Of a stretch of 64,000 bases of DNA, positions 59,671 through 64,000 are shown in pieces (within the stretch, counting starts at the first letter, position 1; each line of letters begins with the position of its first letter). A program made the position numbers and the translations under genes. The stretch lies in the NCBI RefSeq assembly GCF_009914755.1, contig NC_060931.1; one strand, written 5' to 3'. Source of the DNA: the human T2T-CHM13v2.0 reference genome, Homo sapiens. The notes under the pieces are model-generated. The model saw only the letters and a program-made list of their open reading frames with translations, had not been told where the DNA came from and made no database searches.

Positions 59671-60292
59671 TGTAAGGAAGTTCAGACTTTCCCTCTGAAG
59701 GATTAAGTCTAAGTCTGTTGAAATGACCTGACATGGACAGACTAGCAGGAAAAAAGGCATACAAACTTATTTAACATGCATACACATGGGAGCCTTACAC
59801 AAAGTAGGAGACTCAATGAGGGGCCAGATAATTGAAACTTTAATACCCTCTTCATAAGGAATAGGGAAAGGGTGACTATAGAAATTTAGAGGAGTAGTAA
59901 ATAATTTTAGGAGAGATGAATGGACCTGAAGACAGAAATTTGCTCATAAATGATTCTTTTGTAAAGAGAAAGGGATCAGAGAACACACAATGATTTGAGA
60001 CAAAGTTCTGTGCTCCAGGTGTTTAATTTTCAGTCTCTTTCTCTGTAACATGAGTTTCATTTTCTCCAGCTAATGAAGTTTTAGGGAAAACAAAGGCAAT
60101 TTTATTCCTGTTTGGTAGGTCCAGTTTCCAGATAGATAAGGGAATTTCAGAGAATAGCTCTACTCTGTGTTTGGGGGAGACAGAGGATTGAGAGATGGGG
60201 TCTGGGGAAGGTCAGAGAGAACTTGAGACTGTTTCTTTAGTTCAACATGTCAAAGTGCCATATTTTGAGTATAATTTTTTTAAGTCCTAACA
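59671..60292 (-). mobile_element. MER34/MER39-family ERV1 solo LTR
   Basis: TG...CA termini; right end catgtcaaagtgccatattttg...cctaaca; TSD atgg/gtgg. Confidence 0.7.
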
Positions 60293-60665
60293 GTGGCCAA
60301 GGGTGAAAGACAGATAAATTCCAGCCAGGGAAGAAACCAAAAGATGATTCAAGGTGGCTAAGAACAGACACATACACACAGACTCAAGTAGTGTGGCATT
60401 TGCTTACAGCAAGAGGAGAGAGCATAAGCACAAGATCTAGTCCCTTGCAATGCACAGGTCCCCCATGGCCAGTGGAGTTTGCATCAACACAGCAGTGTGG
60501 CTGTACACACTCCACTGCATGCTGCAGTGGAAGAGCTCTACCCCTTTCCATGGGGTTTGAAATACAGACAGTTGGGGTTGTGCCTGAGGATCACTGATGC
60601 ATGCACTTATACATAACAAGGGAGTGCACATCACACTGAGAACAGGAAAAGGCATTCCCTCAAAA

Positions 60666-61378
60666 TGTAATTCCCCAATGGGTTCATCCTGCGTACTGCC
60701 CAGAAAAGCAGATTTACTGAGACAGTGGTATTGCAATAGAGAAAGAGCAATAAATGCAGAGCAAGCTAAATGGAAGACAAGAGTTTTATTGTTACTCAAA
60801 TCAGCCTCCCTGAAAATTCTGAGGCTAAGGATTGTAAGGATAGTTTGGTGGGCAGGGGACTAGGGAATGGGGAATGCTGATTGGTTGGGTTGGGGATAAA
60901 ATCATAGGGAGCTGAAGCGGTTGTTTTGTGCATAAGTTCCTAGGTGGAGGCCACAAGACTAGATGAGTCACTTTACTGGTCTGGATGGTGCCAGTTGGTC
61001 TATCAGAATGCAGGGTCTGAAAAATACCTGGAACACCAATCCTAGGTTTTACAATAGTAATGTTACCTATAGGAGCAATAAAGGAGGTTAGGGTTCTTGT
61101 GGCCTCTGGCTACATAAGTCCTGAGACATAATTTTAATCTTGTGGCTAATTTGTTAGTTTTATAGAGGAGATCTGATTCCCAAGCAAGGAGAGAGTTTTA
61201 TTTTGGGAAGGGGGTGTTATCATCTTTGTTTCAAAGTTAAACTATAAACTAAATTTTTTCCATAGCTAGCTTGGTCTATACCCAGGAAAGAGCAAGGACA
61301 GGTCACAGGTTAGAAGCAAGATGGAGTCAGTTACATCAGATCTCTTTCACCACCATCATTTTTGTAAGGGCAATTTTA
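60666..61378 (-). mobile_element. LTR8A-like ERV1 solo LTR
   Basis: tgtaattccccaatgggttc...gttttattgttactcaaatcagcctccc...gttagaagcaagatggagtc; TSD aaaa/acaa. Confidence 0.8.
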
Positions 61379-61700
61379 ACAAGGCAATGAGTCCAGCATG
61401 GGCTCTTCATCTTCTGGTACAGGAGTTCTCCCAGCCCAAGGCCTCTTCCTATACAGCTCCCCAGGAGTAGGCAGACTCCACATGACTGTCCTTTCCAAGT
61501 GGGACAATTAATAAAGCTCTTCAGAAGGTCTTGTGGGATTGAGCACTAATTCTTCCAAACAGTGGAAAATTGAATAACACACAATATTCTTGGCATTTCT
61601 TCCTTCCTGACTTTCCTTCATTCCTCACAGTAATCCTCAAATTTAAAAGCCCACACAAAAGACACTGTCTCCGATTTTACTTAGAAAACCCAAGTTAACA

Positions 61701-64000
61701 ATTAGCAAAACTAGAATTAGCCTGTCATTAGGCCTTTTTGTCACAGTAAGTAGAAATTTATAGCTGGATCTTTCTCTAGTCAGATGGCTAAAAGGACCAC
61801 CCCATTGCTGGAGAAAAAGCATGGGTCAGCATCACAGTTGCTGAACCCCTAGTTTGTGGGGGCTGGGGAAAGATTCAAGTAGAAGATGCACAGTTAGGTT
61901 TTACATGAGCTGTGGCAAGTGAACAGTATGGGAGAGGGAAGGACATAATTTTAAGGATTTTAAGAATTAGCTGGCTTTTGTTAACTGCTTTGGAAATCTT
62001 GGGAGGTAAATATGATCTCAGGTCAGCCAGCTAACAATTCAAGTGTGTTTTGAAAGCCAGAAGTCCTCCATGGTTGTGTGTAAAGAGACTTTCATCTGTG
62101 GCTGCAGAGAAGACCATGCTGAAAACCAGGACGAAGATTTAATTGAAAAGATAGAAGAGCTTCAAAGAGGTGGACTTCTAGCTCAGCATATTTCTTATGG
62201 CAAAAGCAGGGCCCTGATAATAAAATAGCAGAACTGTAAAATCTGGAATTAGGATAATTATGAAGGCAAGACTGAGAATCTTGAACCCAGGTTCCCTTGA
62301 ACCTTTCATGAATCAGAATTAGCCCTTCCCAGAGGATAGAAGCATGCCTTTATTTGGAAGCTCTGCAGAGAGTGAGGAAAGTGTCCACAATATTAAAATC
62401 AACTTCTTTAAGATCTACCCTGTGAATCCTTATTGACTACAGACATAAAACCAAGGTCAGGCCTCAGTACAACCTAAGTGGGGAAATGCTGTTCCTGCTC
62501 TGGGAGGGAGGAGCTCACACATGAAAATCATTGCAGGAATCACCTACTCCAATCCAGTAGGAACTGGGAAAACACATGGAGGAGAACATATTGAGGGTGT
62601 TGGGCAGAGGCAGGGAGGGGAACCAACTATTAAGGCCAGATAGAGGAGGAATTTTTCAGATGGAGGCACTCACTGATGACATAAATAAATATCTTGGCTG
62701 GAACCCTGACCTGATCCTGACAGGCTAATGGAATGTAAAAGGCCTACAGTAAAGAAGCTGGATATTTCTTAACTTTCTGGGCATAGTTTTGAGGAAGGAG
62801 TCAGAAGGCTAAAGGAGGTACCAACGTTAGAATGACTCATTATATGAGACCAGATGCCTCACCAGTGGCACTCCCTTTGCTAAAGTAATGAGGAATGCAT
62901 GCATTCAAGGTACCCAGAAGCTCCGTGGTAACTGTCATCTACAGGCAGAGTGACAGTAGGGTATTACAGCCTGGGGTTTAGAATGGAATGGCTGAAGCCA
63001 AATGGTTGCACTTGTCAGAAGCAGAGTGGAAATAATGACCCTAGCAAACAGCAAAAGGGGCTCTGTGGTGAAGACTAACAGATCACTGTGAAGGAAGGGC
63101 CAGCCAGGGTTTGTTTCACTTAGGGTACAGACAAAAATGGAGTGTTGGTGAGAAGATCAAGAGATGAGAGAGAAAGAGAGAGAGGAAAGAAAGAAAGGAG
63201 GAACGAGGGGAGAGAGGAGAGAGAAATAAAGAGAGAGAGAGAGCACTACCAAATCAGACCTAATTTTGGTTTTCAAGTCAAAGCCAAGTCATAGGAACAA
63301 AGCCCACTGGCTAAAGGGAAGGAAGGATCCCCTTTATACTGTAGAGGGCTCTGCACATCTCTACAAGTATAAATGATAACCATGCACTGATATTTACCAA
63401 GAGATTTACAGCCATTAACTAGGGTAACTATGCAGTAGTAAACAAGGGCTGCTCTGATAGTATAAAGAACTAACACTGATATCAAATACCCAAAATTCCA
63501 TAGTGGTCCTCAAATTAGATTGGGATATAACGAGAACCAGGTATTAAATGGACTTTTGGCCCAAGTTCAAAACCTGCTTATATTCTGTGCAATTTCTTCT
63601 ATAGTATAATTGGGATAAATAGACATAATAGCTGGCCTAACTCTCATGCTGACTCCTTGACCTGTGGAGTAACAGTCATTAGGATAGGAAGGGCCAAGGA
63701 GAAGCTGCTGAAACTTCCCCACCTCCTCAAACCAAGATAGCAAGTCAGAAGAAATATCCTGTCTCTGGAGGAATTTCTAAGGAACAAAAATGTGGATGAG
63801 CCTATGAAGGCTGGTACAAAATTACAGATCTTTCTTGTGTCCTGCTATTGCCCATTAGATAGCATTCACTATGAAGAGACACTCAACACTTCTGTAAACA
63901 GAATGACTTCTCTTATGGGCCCATGAACAGAGAAACCACTGAGGCAGGGTTGGGAGTTTGTGTGGGATCAAGATAATGAGCTCTGTCCCATTAAGTCTAG
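61701..64000 (+). mobile_element. Decayed ERVL internal region (ERV3-16A3/HERV16-like gag-pro-pol remnants)
   Basis: Follows the LTR16-like LTR; degenerate motifs gaggaaggagtcagaaggct, aactaacactgat...ccaggtattaaatgga, gactccttgacctgtggagtaa. Confidence 0.55.
63165..63243. repeat. GA-rich low-complexity tract
   Basis: Direct inspection. Confidence 0.85.

Larger units (their letters stand above)
59638..61482 (-). mobile_element. MER74/MER73-like ERVL LTR hosting two ERV1 LTRs
   Basis: tgtgccacagga...tggccaag...gattcaaggtgg...ggtcccccatggccag...; ends gactccaca. Confidence 0.55.
59335..61700 (+). mobile_element. LTR16-like ERVL LTR split by nested LTRs (pieces at 59335-59637 and 61483-61700)
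   Basis: cctcaggcttctctgac...; gggacaatt...aaggtcttgtgggattgagcac...aataacac...aaaacccaagttaaca. Confidence 0.55.

Overview
Primate genomic DNA, human-like (it carries L1PA2, LTR12C, MER11 and Alu elements). It is AT-rich and dominated by interspersed repeats; no host protein-coding gene, RNA gene or CRISPR array is supportable. The only real protein homology in the ORF track is LINE-1 ORF1p/ORF2p. It comes from a full-length but frameshifted L1PA2-type element (38799-44826, minus strand) and a 5'-inverted L1PA4/5 (20578-23030). Other content: solo LTRs (LTR9-like, LTR12C, MER11, MER34-like, LTR8-like, MaLR LTRs), two decayed ERVL/MaLR proviral remnants, DNA transposon fossils (MER1A, MER2, Tigger2a, MER33, MER5A), six Alus, MIR/L2 fragments and microsatellites. 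I found no new multi-gene biological system. The most unusual signals are small-scale: a 35-bp templated insertion wrapped in inverted repeats, with its apparent donor 1.8 kb downstream; a probable short L1 3' transduction; a hairpin closing a (CA)n tract; two twin-primed L1s of very different age; an LTR12C with a collapsed enhancer array; and weak candidate non-coding exons. Repeat subfamily names come from recalled consensus sequences and need RepeatMasker/Dfam confirmation.
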